A stretch of 64,000 bases of DNA from Macrostomum lignano (Eukaryota), in the NCBI GenBank assembly GCA_002269645.1, contig NIVC01003110.1, forward strand, positions 54,930 to 118,929, read 5' to 3'. Numbering within the stretch: the stretch's first letter is position 1; each line of letters starts with the position of its first letter. This document shows, one piece after another, positions 12,101 through 23,800 of the stretch. A program made the translations under genes and the position numbers. The notes beneath the pieces are model-generated. The model ran no database searches and was not told where the DNA came from. It saw only the letters and a list, made by a program, of their open reading frames with translations.

Positions 12101-15100
12101 GCATAAGGAAGCAAAGTAATCTTTGTGTTTGACACAACGCAGGCGCCGACGATGTCCTCCGGTGCAGCCTGCCTGACTTCACCAAGGTACTCTTCGACTC
12201 GATCGATTTCGACGTCCTGCACACGCAGCTCACGCAGCGTCAGTACAACACCTGTGGCAGTCGCACTGATGGTCTCCACGCGCTGGAACCTAAAAGACGT
12301 TGCCTCGACTCCACGAGTGGCAACAAGGCAGGAGACTTTCGGATGCTCATCGCCTATAGGCTGTCGAAATACTTCAATAAACAACCCACTTGGAAGCGAC
12401 GCCGTGCGCCATCCGTCCGCCGTACCCATGGGTCGTCGCAGCTTAACGCCGAAGTGAATAATGCACTGCATTCTGAGTCACGTGCTGCTGCGGCTCCAAG
12501 TCATCGCTCTTCAGTCGGCTCTCAGCTTCTATGAGAGCAAATTCACGCTCAATGGCATGTACAATTTCAACGTCCGTACGCCGCGAACCGTGAAGACGCT
12601 GCCGTAAGTGGACGTGCATCGTCTCAAAAAGCCCTGCCGATTGCGTGTGCAGTGGGCCTGCGAGATACGCGTATGACACCATATGGGCACAAACATGGTG
12701 GGCGTTATACGTGAGTGCGCGAAGAGAATATAGACGAGCCAAATTGGCGTGGAAGTGCCTCAGCGAAACTTCGACGTGACACAGTTCACTCTTTGGCGCA
12801 CCTTCAAGCGTCAACCAGAACACTGCGGACGAAAGCACGAGCAAATGCCAATAGTGAGCCTCTGGCAGAAAATCTTCTAGTAGCATTGGGAAGTAAGCAA
12901 TTATCCACAATGCCAGTTCAAGTCCCCGTAGGTGCCTGATGTCCTTCAGCAGTCGGATGGAATGTCGCTGGACGGACCTGGGAACTCGAATGTAGCGCAT
13001 GCGCTGTGATATGTCACCAATCCGTTTGTGCAGGTCGGGGCAATTCTCCGCGAACCGGTCAGGTTTCTCGTGGCGCACGAGGAAAAGCTGAAACAGTAGC
13101 CAGCGCACTAATCCCAAGCAAAGCTGGTGGAGAAAGCAAGGAGGCGTCGCTCTGACAAAGTCGAAGCCAAACAGATCACCAAGCGGAGATTGTCCACGTA
13201 CACCCAGAGTGTCATCTCCGTTGCCACGTAACGTCCGGTGTTCCGCAAGGTGTTCCGCAATCGCTGTCATTCAGCGATCGAACTACTGTCTGGACACATC
13301 CGAGGCGGCGTGCGTTCATTTGCATGGCGTCTGTCAACTCCACATCATACACTCTGCCGTGGCCTGACGGATGAACTGACGTCCGTAGGTAGCACTTGTC
13401 GCATCCGTATACGGCGGAAAAGCGCTTAAAGCACAAAGCGTCTGCCCTGGCAGGTGCGTTAAACATGGCGAACAATACATGTACCCGAAGACGCTGCCGA
13501 ACGCCATGTCGGTCCACATACTGTATACCATTCAGACGCAGATCGTTAAGTCCGTCAACTATAATAGGTAGACATGCCTTGGGATGCACCTTTGTAGTTC
13601 CTGCCCAGACTCCGAGCTTCATTACGAATTGCAACTTGTACCGGTCGTGAACTTCAACGAAGCACAAATAAAAGGGGCACACCTCAACAGTACTTGTCCT
13701 GCAAAGCCGGAACCCATCCGAGAATAAGATGCCGGAGACGTCGCTGCGACTCTCCACATCGATGCCATCGACGAATTCTTTGTACAGTTCGCTGCTACGC
13801 ACGTGGAGCACCTCGGGATCTATGACAGGGAACACAACGTGGTCGAGCATTCCACGCCACATCACAAGCGCTTTCAGCTGCATAGGACCATCAAAGTGCT
13901 AGAAATTTGCGACGCTGCGTCCTCCGCAGTGGACGCACGTTGCGGTGCTTGGATCACTCCGTCCGGGAGAGTTCTTGTAACACTCGTTGCAGACTGTGGA
14001 GCACAGCGTCGTTCCAGAGAATGACTGAGCAGTCTTTATCGCATCCCGCGCAGCACGTCCAGTTTTGGGCAGCCTGTTGTTGGGCACAAGGCGGTGCAAC
14101 ATCTCTAGAAGTCTTGTAAACTTCTCACGGGACAGTTTGAGATCCTCCGCACAGGAATTGACCTCAAAAAGAGCCTCGCCTAGTGTGTGCGGAAATCCCG
14201 GGTGCCAGTCTTCCAGCAGCCTGGCGTTGATACGACGTGGTTCCTCGCCATCATCGCCTGTGTGGGATATGCGGTGGAAAAAGATTACTGTATACTCAGT
14301 AAGACTAATTAGAGCAAGACTCACACAGTGCCCGGTGTGTGAATGTGTGGAGCAGCGTATGCAGGCAATCTGTATTCTGTATTGTGTCACGGACAGTAAT
14401 GCGTCAAAGGAATATTACCGTCTTCGTTATCGTCCTCTTCGTCATCCGATGTATGGGACCCAGCGGACGTGTCTGCTCCCGATGGCGAGTCTGATGTATG
14501 GGACCCAGCGGACGTGTCTGCACCCGATGGCGGTTCCTCGCCATCATCGCCTGTGTGGGATCGCCCGTCTTCGTTATCGTCCTCTTCGTCATCCGATGAG
14601 ACGCTCGCAGAGTTGTCCAGTGGCTCACCTGTGCGGGATGAGCGGTGCAAAAAATTTGTACTGTATAACCAGCCACATCATCTCAACGTCACATCGCCTC
14701 ATAAAGACAAGTGTCTCACTTTCAGAAATGTCTGCAGGTTTTCCGTCAGTGTTGCAGTTGCCAGAGCTGGTAGCACCTGAGCTGGTAGCACATGAGCTGG
14801 TAGCACATGAGCTGGTAGCACCCGGACCATTGTGCGCGGCTTCAGCTGATGCCCTTTCCGAAGAACGTGATCGGCTTACGCCAGCAGAACCACGCCCGCG
14901 TCTGGTAGACAGCCTGCGTTGGCGCATGTAGTTGTCGCATCCAGTCGCGACGGCGAGTGCTACGATCATCGCCATCCATATCCATGCGCTGTAATGAGGT
15001 TTGCTTCTTCACATTATCAGTAGTACGAAAAAAAATTCTAGACGGATTTTTAGCATGAACCTACGCATGCATTTAAATCTGAAATATATTCAGCATGTCT

Positions 15101-18100
15101 TTGTTCCTTCAACTGATAATATAATATACTCCCTTACTTCTTTTTCATTATTGTGTCTTTGATCTGATTGCTGGACTGACAAGAAAGATACGCTACAGAC
15201 AACTAAACATAATTAGTTATGGAATCACAAAGCATGAGCCATAAACTTTGGAAAATTCCCAAAATTCTCAGGCCATAGGCAACATAGACAACAGTGTATT
15301 TAAAATTGAAATTGGGATAACATATGGCACGAAATTACTACGGCTTTTGCCACAAAATGTATGGCTTTTATACCGTCTTTGGCGATACAGCTCTATAATT
15401 CAATACTTACGAGTACTTCACTATTTACGTCACTCACAGTGTGACCAGGAACAAAAATGTGAAAAATAACACAGCTAGAAAGAAAAAACACAGCTGCTAC
15501 TTAAATGAAGAAAAAGTGAAAAACATTCACTATAGCAATTTTTCCAATGCTTACTTATTGTCCGAATAGCAATTCTCGTTTTAATTCATTCCAGCTAAGT
15601 CAAGCAGCGCATTTTCATCTTAAATCGACATCATCATCAATCATACGTTGTAGGGATGGATTGAAACGGTATTACCCTATTTGTCTGGGCTAGTGGCCTT
15701 CCTTGCTACTGCCAGTTGCTTTCCACCCAGGTAGAAAATATAAAAACACAAGAAAAAGCTAAATTGGGCTGTTTATTTAAGTTTAACACAGAAAAGGGAT
15801 GACTTCTTAAAAAGACTCTACAGCACCAGAGTCATTTCAGAGTCGCAGACAATAAACCGCCTCAGATTGACTCTACAGCGCCAGAGTCATTTCAGAGTCG
15901 CAGACAATAAACCGCCTCAGATTGACTCTACAGCGCCAGAGTCATTTCAGAGTCGCAGACAATAAACCGCCTCAGATTGACTCTACAGCGCCAGAGTCAT
16001 TTCAGAGTCGCAGACAATAAACCGCCTCAGATTGACTCTACAGCGCCAGAGTCATTTCAGAGTCGCAGACAATAAACCGCCTCAGATTGACTCTACAGCA
16101 CCAGAGTCATTTCAGAGTCGCAGACAATAAACCGCCTCAGATTGACTCTACAGCACCAGAGTCATTTCAGAGTTGCAGACAATAAACCGCCTCAGATACG
16201 TCTCTACAGCACCAGAGTCATTTCAGAGTCGCAGACAATAAACCGCCTCAGATTGACTCTACAGCGCCAGAGTCATTTCAGAGTCGCAGACAATAAACCG
16301 CCTCAGATTGACTCTACAGCACCAGAGTCATTTCAGAGTCGCAGACAATAAACCGCCTCAGATTGACTCTACAGCACCAGAGTCATTTCAGAGTCGCAGA
16401 CAATAAACCGCCTCAGATACGACTCTACAGCACCAGAGTCATTTCAGAGTCGCAGACAATAAACCGCCTCAGATTGACTCTACAGCACCAGAGTCATTTC
16501 AGAGTCGCAGACAATAAACCGCCTCAGATTGACTCTACAGCACCAGAGTCATTTCAGAGTCGCAGACAATAAACCGCCTCAGATTGACTCTACAGCACCA
16601 GAGTCATTTCAGAGTCGCAGACAATAAACCGCCTCAGAATGACTCTACAGCACCAGAGTCATTTCAGAGTCGCAGACAATAAACCGCCTCAGATTGACTC
16701 TACAGCACCAGAGTCATTTCAGAGTCGCAGACAATAAACCGCCTCAGATTGACTCTACAGCACCAGAGTCATTTCAGAGTCGCAGACAATAAACCGCCTC
16801 AGATTGACTCTACAGCACCAGAGTCATTTCAGAGTCGCAGACAATAAACCGCCTCAGAATGACTCTACAGCACCAGAGTCATTTCAGAGTCGCAGACAAT
16901 AAACCGCCTCAGATTGACTCTACAGCACCAGAGTCATTTCAGAGTCGCAGACAATAAACCGCCTCAGATTGACTCTACAGCACCAGAGTCATTTCAGAGT
17001 CGCAGACAATAAACCGCCTCAGAATGACTCTACAGCACCAGAGTCATTTCAGAGTCGCAGACAATAAACCGCCTCAGATTGACTCTACAGCACCAGAGTC
17101 ATTTCAGAGTCGCAGACAATAAACCGCCTCAGATACGACTCTACAGCGCCAGAGTCGCAGACAATAAACCGCCTCAGATACGACTCTACAGCGCCAGAGT
17201 CGCAGACAATAAACCGCCTCAGATACGACTCTACAGCGCCAGAGTCGTTTCAGAGTCGCAGACAATAAACCGCCTCAGATTGACTCTTAAGCGACTCTTT
17301 GCCGACTTTTTGGCGGCTTTTACCGTGACATCTCGTCGTTTTAGAATCGTCTAGAGTCTTTTTTTTCCTATTTTACCTGTGTTACATGCACCGACTCTGG
17401 GGCTACGCAAGTGACTTTGAGACGCCTCTGGCCCGCAGGTTGTCGCCGCACTCCCAGACTGCGCCTATCGCCAGCCGGCCCTGCTAGAGCTCTGCCTTAG
17501 AATCATTGAACTATCACTGCGCGCCTCCGAGTCCTACTGGGAGCGGCAGATTGCTCTGGCCTGTCTAGATGGCCGGCATCAGGTGGAGCAGCTTCACCAG
17601 CAGCAGATGCTTCAACAACAGCAGCTGCAGCAGCAGCAGCACCCAGACAAAGGCTCGCCTTGTCAGCCGCTCCGTCGGAGCCTGCTAGCTACTCAGGCCG
17701 CTTGCACAGTTCAGCTACTGCTGGAGCGATGCCTGGACTCGCCCAGGCACGTTCGTCGTATTCTGGCCACCTTTGTTCATTCGTTGTTCATATCGGATCG
17801 GGAGCGAGCCCTGTGCCAGGTGGTTCACTGGCAGTGCTATCCGCTCCGGCTGGTTCCATTCACCGCCTGCGCCATACCATCCATGCATATTTGCCTGGAT
17901 TTCATACTGGACCATTTGGCTTTTAATGCCGATCCGGCTGCTAGGATTTTCAATATCAATCTAATGGGATTTCTGGCTGGCCAGTACAGAATTCAGGCTG
18001 CGCTGGATAAGGCGGCTACCGTACTAGAGAGCCTTACTGTGCTATCTAATCAGGTAAATACAGATGAATTGCTTCATAATCTGGCCACCCAAACCAGCTA

Positions 18101-19010
18101 TGACCCTCCATGATCTGGCCACCCAAACCAGCTATGACCCTTCATGATCTGGCCACCCAAACCAGCTATGACCCTTCCATGATTTGGCCACCCAAACCAG
18201 CTATGACCCTCCATGATCTGGCCACCCAAACCAGCTATGACTCTTCCATGATCTGGCCACCCAAACCAGCTATGACTCTTCCATGATCCGGCCACTCAAA
18301 CCAGCTATGACCATTCCATGATCTGGCCACCCAAACCAGCCACACCCCAGCTATGAGCTGCCCACAGAATTTCTTCTATACACCAATGTGATAACTTTGT
18401 TAACCGAGGCAGAAGTGTGGAATTGCAGGAGTGAGAAAGGTGCTCGCTTGAGAGCTAGGCTGACAATATTTATTTTGATTAGTAATGAGGTGGTGGGTGC
18501 AGACAGATTCAATCGCGCGCATGGGATGGGGGTTGAATACAAAACCAAACAAATCTCTAAGCCGGTCAATAACAATCTCCACTGCTAGTGAGTCAACACT
18601 TCAGTGCATGCAACCTATTGCAAAGTTCATCGTGTCACGATATCACAACCAATACTTTTGCAATCGCCAATTCCCAGGTTCACTCGTTGGATGAAAAGGC
18701 TGATTTTGCCATTCAATGCATGGCAGCGGTGCTCAACATGTGCAAAGCCTTCCCCAAACTGGCTAGGCCAGCTTCTCAATACTTGCTCGGCCTAATGTAC
18801 CAGTGTCGCGTCACCTTGGCAACGCTGAAATCGCCGGTGCCCGTAGAATTTCGACTGCCCCCGGAAACCGTGGCTCGCTATCGTCGCGATCTACAGAGCC
18901 TGACCCTGCCCCAGCGGTATCAGCTGTGCTATGTTCTGGCCGAGTCTACCCTGGATGCTATTGTACGGCGAACCCTGGTGCCCAGGACTCTGTACTTTTC
19001 ACCGGAGTGA
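141..19010 (+). CDS. INTS2: Integrator complex subunit 2, 7 coding exons
   Basis: GT-AG exons in consistent phase: 141-619, 2111-3083, 3813-4166, 4527-5051, 5868-6272, 17439-18053, 18678-19010. Motifs match INTS2: AHAVRVEVTPGLTSTTEGHLPAHCVLQLLQMRSFAKYK, TPQLLMLYYVLCY, IPSMHICLDFI, EFESCDRP. The ATG at 141 follows an acceptor-like tttgttacag at 128. Confidence 0.93.
750..1990. repeat. ~22-bp minisatellite (TTGATTATCCTTGCCAATCTCC variants), INTS2 intron 1
   Basis: Direct tandem array visible in the sequence. Confidence 0.95.
3205..3555 (-). mobile_element. Copy of a short hAT-like non-autonomous repeat with an internal CT/GA tract
   Basis: The reverse complement shares gaaaNtNNcaatagcaaNcNgNcNgctNaagNtttgtgtct followed by a CT-rich tract with the copies at 20351 and 39061. 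Confidence 0.45.
4258..4487. repeat. ~30-bp minisatellite (GCTTAGTTTGGTGAGATATCGATTGAGAGT), INTS2 intron 3
   Basis: Tandem array seen directly. Confidence 0.85.
5113..5797. repeat. 25-bp minisatellite (GTCATTCGGTGACTGCCCCCATCCG), INTS2 intron 4
   Basis: Near-perfect tandem array. Confidence 0.95.
6820..7110. repeat. Cluster of CCGGATGA/TCATCCGG motifs in both orientations (transposon subterminal-like)
   Basis: More than 10 copies of the motif in ~300 bp. No matching partner end was found. Confidence 0.5.
7996..10089 (-). pseudogene. BEN-domain accessory (TnpA-like) protein with 20-aa repeats and a coiled coil, frameshifted
   Basis: Exons ~10096-9273 and 9126-7996. Removing one T from the run at 8506-8511 joins LFRAIF to TDTELANSSLSGRKACGYISVPANPGKLAAAKQWL...ELQRAFTRCGETARERL, a BEN-like pattern. 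It also has 60-bp repeats (TATALQAEVTTAGDTQPPDA) and a coiled coil REEIKVLQQK...LERNVK. Confidence 0.6.
10613..11304 (-). CDS. CtIP/Sae2 (RBBP8/Ctp1) C-terminal domain-like protein, with one 1-bp frameshift
   Basis: Adding one base to the G run at 10842-10845 fuses ORFs 11304-10717 and 10882-10613 into VSRRRDERRRLPAQCCPDCADWYGALPPEERDRRLQSHGRHRHRTILQAPNFFAIDMPPS. This aligns with human CtIP [61 protein letters not shown]. Confidence 0.8.
11351..11796. mobile_element. Solo-LTR-like repeat (TGT...ACA), related to 34501-35007
   Basis: Collinear shared motifs gtgaccctct, gaacgccc, gaccgctcaggcca, acgctacca (repeated), acaactttggtg and ataacgcct. No TSD was seen. Confidence 0.4.
12082..14975 (-). 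pseudogene. EnSpm/CACTA (Transposase_21-like) DDE transposase with a premature stop and frameshifts
   Basis: Motifs: LSREKFTRLLEMLHRLVPNNRLP, CxxC..CxxC, LFSDGF (D1), LGVWAGTTKVHP, MFNAPARA (D2 position is N), YGCDKC, GVRGQSPL..FDF, CFLHQLCLG (C/DxxH), GPLHTQSAGLFE (E). In-frame TAG at 13899-13901; frameshifts near 13271 and 12460. 5' exons 14975-14720 and 14628-14419, next exon from 14257. Confidence 0.88.
15814..17287. repeat. 55-bp tandem repeat (~27 copies) with an internal GACTCT/AGAGTC hairpin, INTS2 intron 5
   Basis: Unit GACTCTACAGCACCAGAGTCATTTCAGAGTCGCAGACAATAAACCGCCTCAGATT, with no unique spacers. Confidence 0.95.
18073..18341. repeat. 34-bp minisatellite, INTS2 intron 6
   Basis: Unit TGGCCACCCAAACCAGCTATGACCCTCCATGATC. 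Confidence 0.9.
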
Positions 19011-19074
19011 CACTGATCTGCGGGGACTGAAGTACGGCAGGCGTGCACAGGCCACACCCCCTGTTTCTCCAGTA

Positions 19075-19735
19075 GCCCGCTGCTGCCCTCTGATCCTTCA
19101 GTAGACCGCTGCTGCCCTCTGATCCTTCAGTAGATCGCTGCTACCCTCTGTCCCTTCAGTAAACCGCTGCTACCCTCTGATCCTTCAGTAGATCGCTGCT
19201 GCCCTCTAATCCTTCAGTAGACCGCTGCTGCCCTCTGATCCTTCAGTAGACCGCTGCTACCCTCTGATCCTTCAATAGACCGCTGCTGCCCTCTGATCCT
19301 TCAGTAGACCGCTGCTACCCTCTGATCCTTCAGTAGATCGCTGCTACCCCCTGTTTCTCCAGTAGCCCGCTGCTGCCCTCTGATCCTTCAGTAGACCGCT
19401 GCTGCCCTCTGATCCTTCAGTAGACCGCTGCTGCCCTCTGACCCTTCAGTAGACCGCTGCTGCCCTCTGATCCTTCAGTAGACCGCTGCTGCCCTCTGAT
19501 CCTTCAGTAGACCGCTGCTGCCCTCTGATCCTTCAGTAGACCGCTGCTGCCCTCTGATCCTTCAGTAAACCGCTGCTGCCCTCTGATCCTTCAGTAGACC
19601 GCTGCTGCCCTCTGATCCTTCAATAGACCACTGGTTCCCTCTGCCTGATCCTCAGTAGACAGCTGCTGCCCTCTGCCTGATCCTCAGTAGACCGCTGCTG
19701 CCCTGTGTCTGATCCTCAGTAGACTGCTCCTACCC
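19075..19735. repeat. 29-bp minisatellite just 3' of the INTS2 stop
   Basis: Unit CCGCTGCTGCCCTCTGATCCTTCAGTAGA. Confidence 0.9.
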
Positions 19736-20350
19736 TCCCTGTTTACTTTATCTTATACTTTACTGACAATTCTGCTCTTGTTAGTACGAGTGTAAGTTTT
19801 CAATGCATTTTATAGCCAAAATTATCAATTGAATACATACTACAGTTACCTGTTGCCATGGGCGAATTAATCCTTGATATGTGTACAGCATGATGTCGCC
19901 AATTACCCGCCCGTACTAACACATATGCTCGTACTGTCTGTCGTACATCAAATTACTTACCTGTTCAGTGCTACTTCATATACTAAAGTTTGTGGTTAAA
20001 TCGTTTCTTATTTTTTCTTCAGGAAGAAAAATACACTCAGCTGCAATCATGCTACTGTAAGCAGCCTCGCCGACTTTTCTGTTATTTTTTGTTTGTTTAA
20101 ACCACAGGACCTTGCAGTTAGGGTTTTAGATTGTGTTATATTCATAGATGCAGTGTTATTAGTTTCTAGTCTGTAATTCAAAGCTTGGTTATGCACACTT
20201 TGTGTGCCTTGGAACTGCACGAGCCCAGAAAGCAGAGTGTACATACCTGATAATGATGAGCGAGTCACTGTACATCCCGAGTGAGCCCTTTGCGGCCACT
20301 CTTGGCTGGCAGGAGGTGCACTTTATTATTTTTAGAAGCTCATATTAGGT

Positions 20351-20764
20351 CAGGGGTCGGAAAACTCCGGCCCGCAGGCCACATGCGGCCCGCAAAGCCT
20401 CTCTATCCGACTATCGGATCCTTCGAAATTTCACAATAGCAATCCTGTCCGCTTAAGGCTTGTGTCTCTTCTCAGCTCTCTTCTCTGCCCTCCTCTCTTT
20501 ATCTTCTTTCCTCTCTTCTCTTCTCTTCACTCTCCTCTCGCCCCTCTTCTCTCCTGTCCTCTCCTCTCCTCTCTTTCCTCTCCCTTCTCTCACCTCCTCT
20601 CTTATCTCTTCTCTGATTCTATCTCCCATCTCCTCTCTTCTCCTCTGTCTCTTATCTCTAATCTTCTATTTCTCTCGCCTTTCCTTTCTTATCTGGCTCA
20701 CAGCCATGATCTGAATTCTTTATCTGGTCCTTGAGATAAAACAGTTTGCAGAACCATACAGAAT
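20351..20764 (+). mobile_element. hAT(Charlie)-like MITE with a CT tract, flanked by the 12-bp direct repeat CTCATATTAGGT
   Basis: Starts CAGGGGTCGG..CGGCCCGCAGGCC, resembling a hAT-type terminus. Direct repeats at 20339-20350 and 20765-20776. Confidence 0.5.
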
Positions 20765-20878
20765 CTCATATTAGGTGATGCAGAAGTTCATGTTAGCTGA
20801 TAAAGAAGCTCATGCATATACCAGCATCCTATCCGAGCGCAAAAGTCGCAGCCCAGACCGCACCGACCCCAACTCTTC

Positions 20879-23800
20879 ATGTCCGCTCCCCAGTCTTTGG
20901 TGTCGCGCAAGCGGCGCGAGTTCATCGGCATGCCGGCGCCGCCCGGCTACGTGCCCGGAGTTGGCCGCGGCGCCACCGGCTTCACCACCCGGTCGGACAT
21001 TGGGCCGGCCCGCGAGGCCGACGACGCCCCGGACGAGCGGCATATGCCGCCGCCTAAAAAGCCGGCGCACGACGACGACGAGAAAGGCGAAGACGAGAAT
21101 CTTAACGACGCCAACTACGACGAGTTCAGCGGCTACGGCGGCTCCCTGTGCACCAGGGATCCGTATGAGAAGGACGACGAGGAAGCGGACCGGATCTACT
21201 CGAGCGTAGACGATCGAATGGACGAGCGCCGGAGGGAGCACCGGGAGCGCCGGTTTCGCGAAGAGATGGAAAAATTTCGCAAGGAGCGACCGAAAATTCA
21301 GCAACAGTTTGTCGATTTAAAGCGCGACCTGGCGCTGGTGTCCGAGGACGAGTGGCTGTCGCTGCCGGAGGTTGGCGATGCTCGGAATAAACGGCAGAGA
21401 AATCCCCGAGCTGAGAAGTTCACCCCGGCGCCGGACAGCCTGCTGGCTAAGGGCCTGTCCGCCGGCCAGACCACCGCCCAGGTGGACCTGCGCGAGCAGC
21501 TGCAAGGCGGCATAGCAACACCATGGGGCGGCGCCAGCACCAGCAGCGCCGGCGGCGCCGATATCGATATGAAAAAGATTGGTCAGGCCCGGACTTCGCT
21601 AATGGATATTAAACTGACTCAGGCTGCCGACTCTGTCACTGGCCAGACTGTGGTTGACCCTATGGGCTACCTGACCGATCTCAATTCCGTTATACCGCAG
21701 CACGGCGCCGATATTAACGATGTTAAAAAGGCCCGCCTGCTGTTGAAATCTGTGCGAGAAAGCAATTTGAAGCATCCACCTGCTTGGATTGCCTCAGCTA
21801 GGCTGGAGGAGCTCACTGGAAAGATGCAGGAGGCTAGGAATCTGATAATGCGCGGCGCTGAGGAGTGTCCCAGGTGAGATTGGGATTGAAAAGGAGACAG
21901 ACATTACTACTGACTTTTGCACCAAATAGACGCTAAGTGAGTCCGAGGAGTGCCAGACTGGTCCAATTGTTTGTCAAATTGTCCAATGAGTGCCAAACTG
22001 TGGAATAAGTGCCAAACTGTGGAATGAGTGCCAAACTGTCCAATGAGTGCCAGACTGGTCCAATTGTTTGTCAAATTGTCCAATGAGTGCCAAACTGTGG
22101 AATGAGTGCCAAACTGTCCAATGAGTGCCAGACTGTCCAATGAGTGCCAGACTGGTCCAATTGTTTGTCAAATTGTCCAATGAGTGCCAAACTGTGGAAT
22201 GAGTGCCAAACTGTCCAATGAGTGCCAAACTGTTCAATGAGTGCCAAACTGTCCAATGAGTGCCAAACTGTCCAATGAGTGCCAAACTGTCCAATGAGTG
22301 CCAAACTGTCCAATGAGTGCCAAACTGTCCAATGAGTGCCAAACTGTGGAATGAGTGCCAAACTGTCCAATGAGTGCCAAACTGTTCAATGAGTGCCAAA
22401 CTGTCCAATGAGTGCCAAACTGTCCAATGAGTGCCAAACTGTGGAATGAGTGCCAAACTGTCCAATGAGTGCCAAACTGTTCAATGAGTGCCAAACTGTC
22501 CAATGAGTGCCAAACTGTCCAATGAGTGCCAAACTGTGCAGTGGGTGACAAACTGTGCAATGGGTGACAAACTGGTGCAATGGGGGTGACAAACTGGTGC
22601 AGTGGGTGACAAACTGTCCAATGGGTGACAAACTGTCCAATGGGTGACAAACTGTCCAATGGGGGTGACAAACTGGTGCAGTGGGTGTCAAATTGTCCAA
22701 TGGGTGACAAACTGTCCAATGAGTGCCAAACTGTGGAATGAGTGCCAAACTGTCCAATGAGTGCCAAACTGTCCAATGAGTGCCAAACTGTGCAGTGGGT
22801 GACAAACTGTGCAATGGGTGACAAACTGGTGCAATGGGGGTGACAAACTGGTGCAGTGGGTGACAAACTGTCCAATGGGTGACAAACAGTCCAATGGGTG
22901 ACAAACTGTCCAATGGGTGACAAACTGTCCAATGGGTGACAAACTGTCCAATAAGTGGCTCTCTAAGAGAAAAAGAGTATCATTCTCTATTTAACTAGGC
23001 TTGCTAGCTGTGGCGACTTATTAATTAACAAAAAATCCAAGTCACCCCTTCATACCCGCCGCCCAGATCCGAGGACATCTGGATGGAAGCGTCCCGCCTG
23101 ATCCCGGCTGACCAAGCCAGAGCGGTGGTGGCCCAGGGCATCAATCATTTGCCCCAGTCTGTCCGGCTGTGGGTCCGCGCCGCCGAGCTGGAATCCGAGC
23201 CCAAGCGCAAGCGTCGAGTATTCCGCAAAGCACTCGAACAGGTGCCCAGCTCTGTTCGACTGTGGAAGCTGGCCGTTGAACTCGAAGAGCCCGAGGACGC
23301 CCGGGTGATGCTACGCCGTGCAGTTGAATGCTGTCCAACTAGTGTGGACCTCTGGCTAGCCCTGGCCAAACTCGAGACCTACGAGACGGCTAGAAGCGTG
23401 CTGAACCAGGCCAGAGACAATGTGCCGACTGACAGGCTGATCTGGATCACCGCTGCCAAGCTAGAAGAGGCTCACAAGAATCTGCCAATGGTTGGCAAAA
23501 TTATCGATCGCGCCGTGGCCGCACTGCAGGTGGCCGGCGTTGAAATCAATCGCGACCTGTGGCTAAAAGATGCGGAAGAGTGCGAATCTAGCGGCTCCAT
23601 GGAAACGGCCAGGGCCATTGTTCGCACTGTGGTTGGCCACGGCATTGACGAGCCTGATAGGAAGCGACAGTGGCTAACGGATGCGGAAGGCTTCACAGCC
23701 AGAGAGGCGTTCGAATGCGCCAGGGCTGTGTACGCCAAACTCATTGCCGCTTTCCCGGCTAAGAAGTCTGTCTGGCTGGCGGCGGCTCATTTTGAAAAGA

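Larger units (their letters stand above)
7996..14975 (-). mobile_element. Degenerate CMC/EnSpm (CACTA-type) DNA transposon nested antisense in INTS2 intron 5 (coding span only; termini not located)
   Basis: Co-oriented transposase, CtIP-like ORF and BEN-domain accessory gene. No TIR or TSD was identified by eye. Confidence 0.75.

Noticed and set aside
8032-14931. Plus-strand ORFs over the EnSpm element (e.g. 8511-9008, 9607-10116, 14065-14931)
   Set aside because: They are antisense shadows of GC-rich minus-strand coding sequence, with no motifs.
15814-17287. CRISPR-like array (hairpin-containing repeat)
   Set aside because: Units are contiguous with no unique spacers, there are no cas genes, and the context is a eukaryotic intron.
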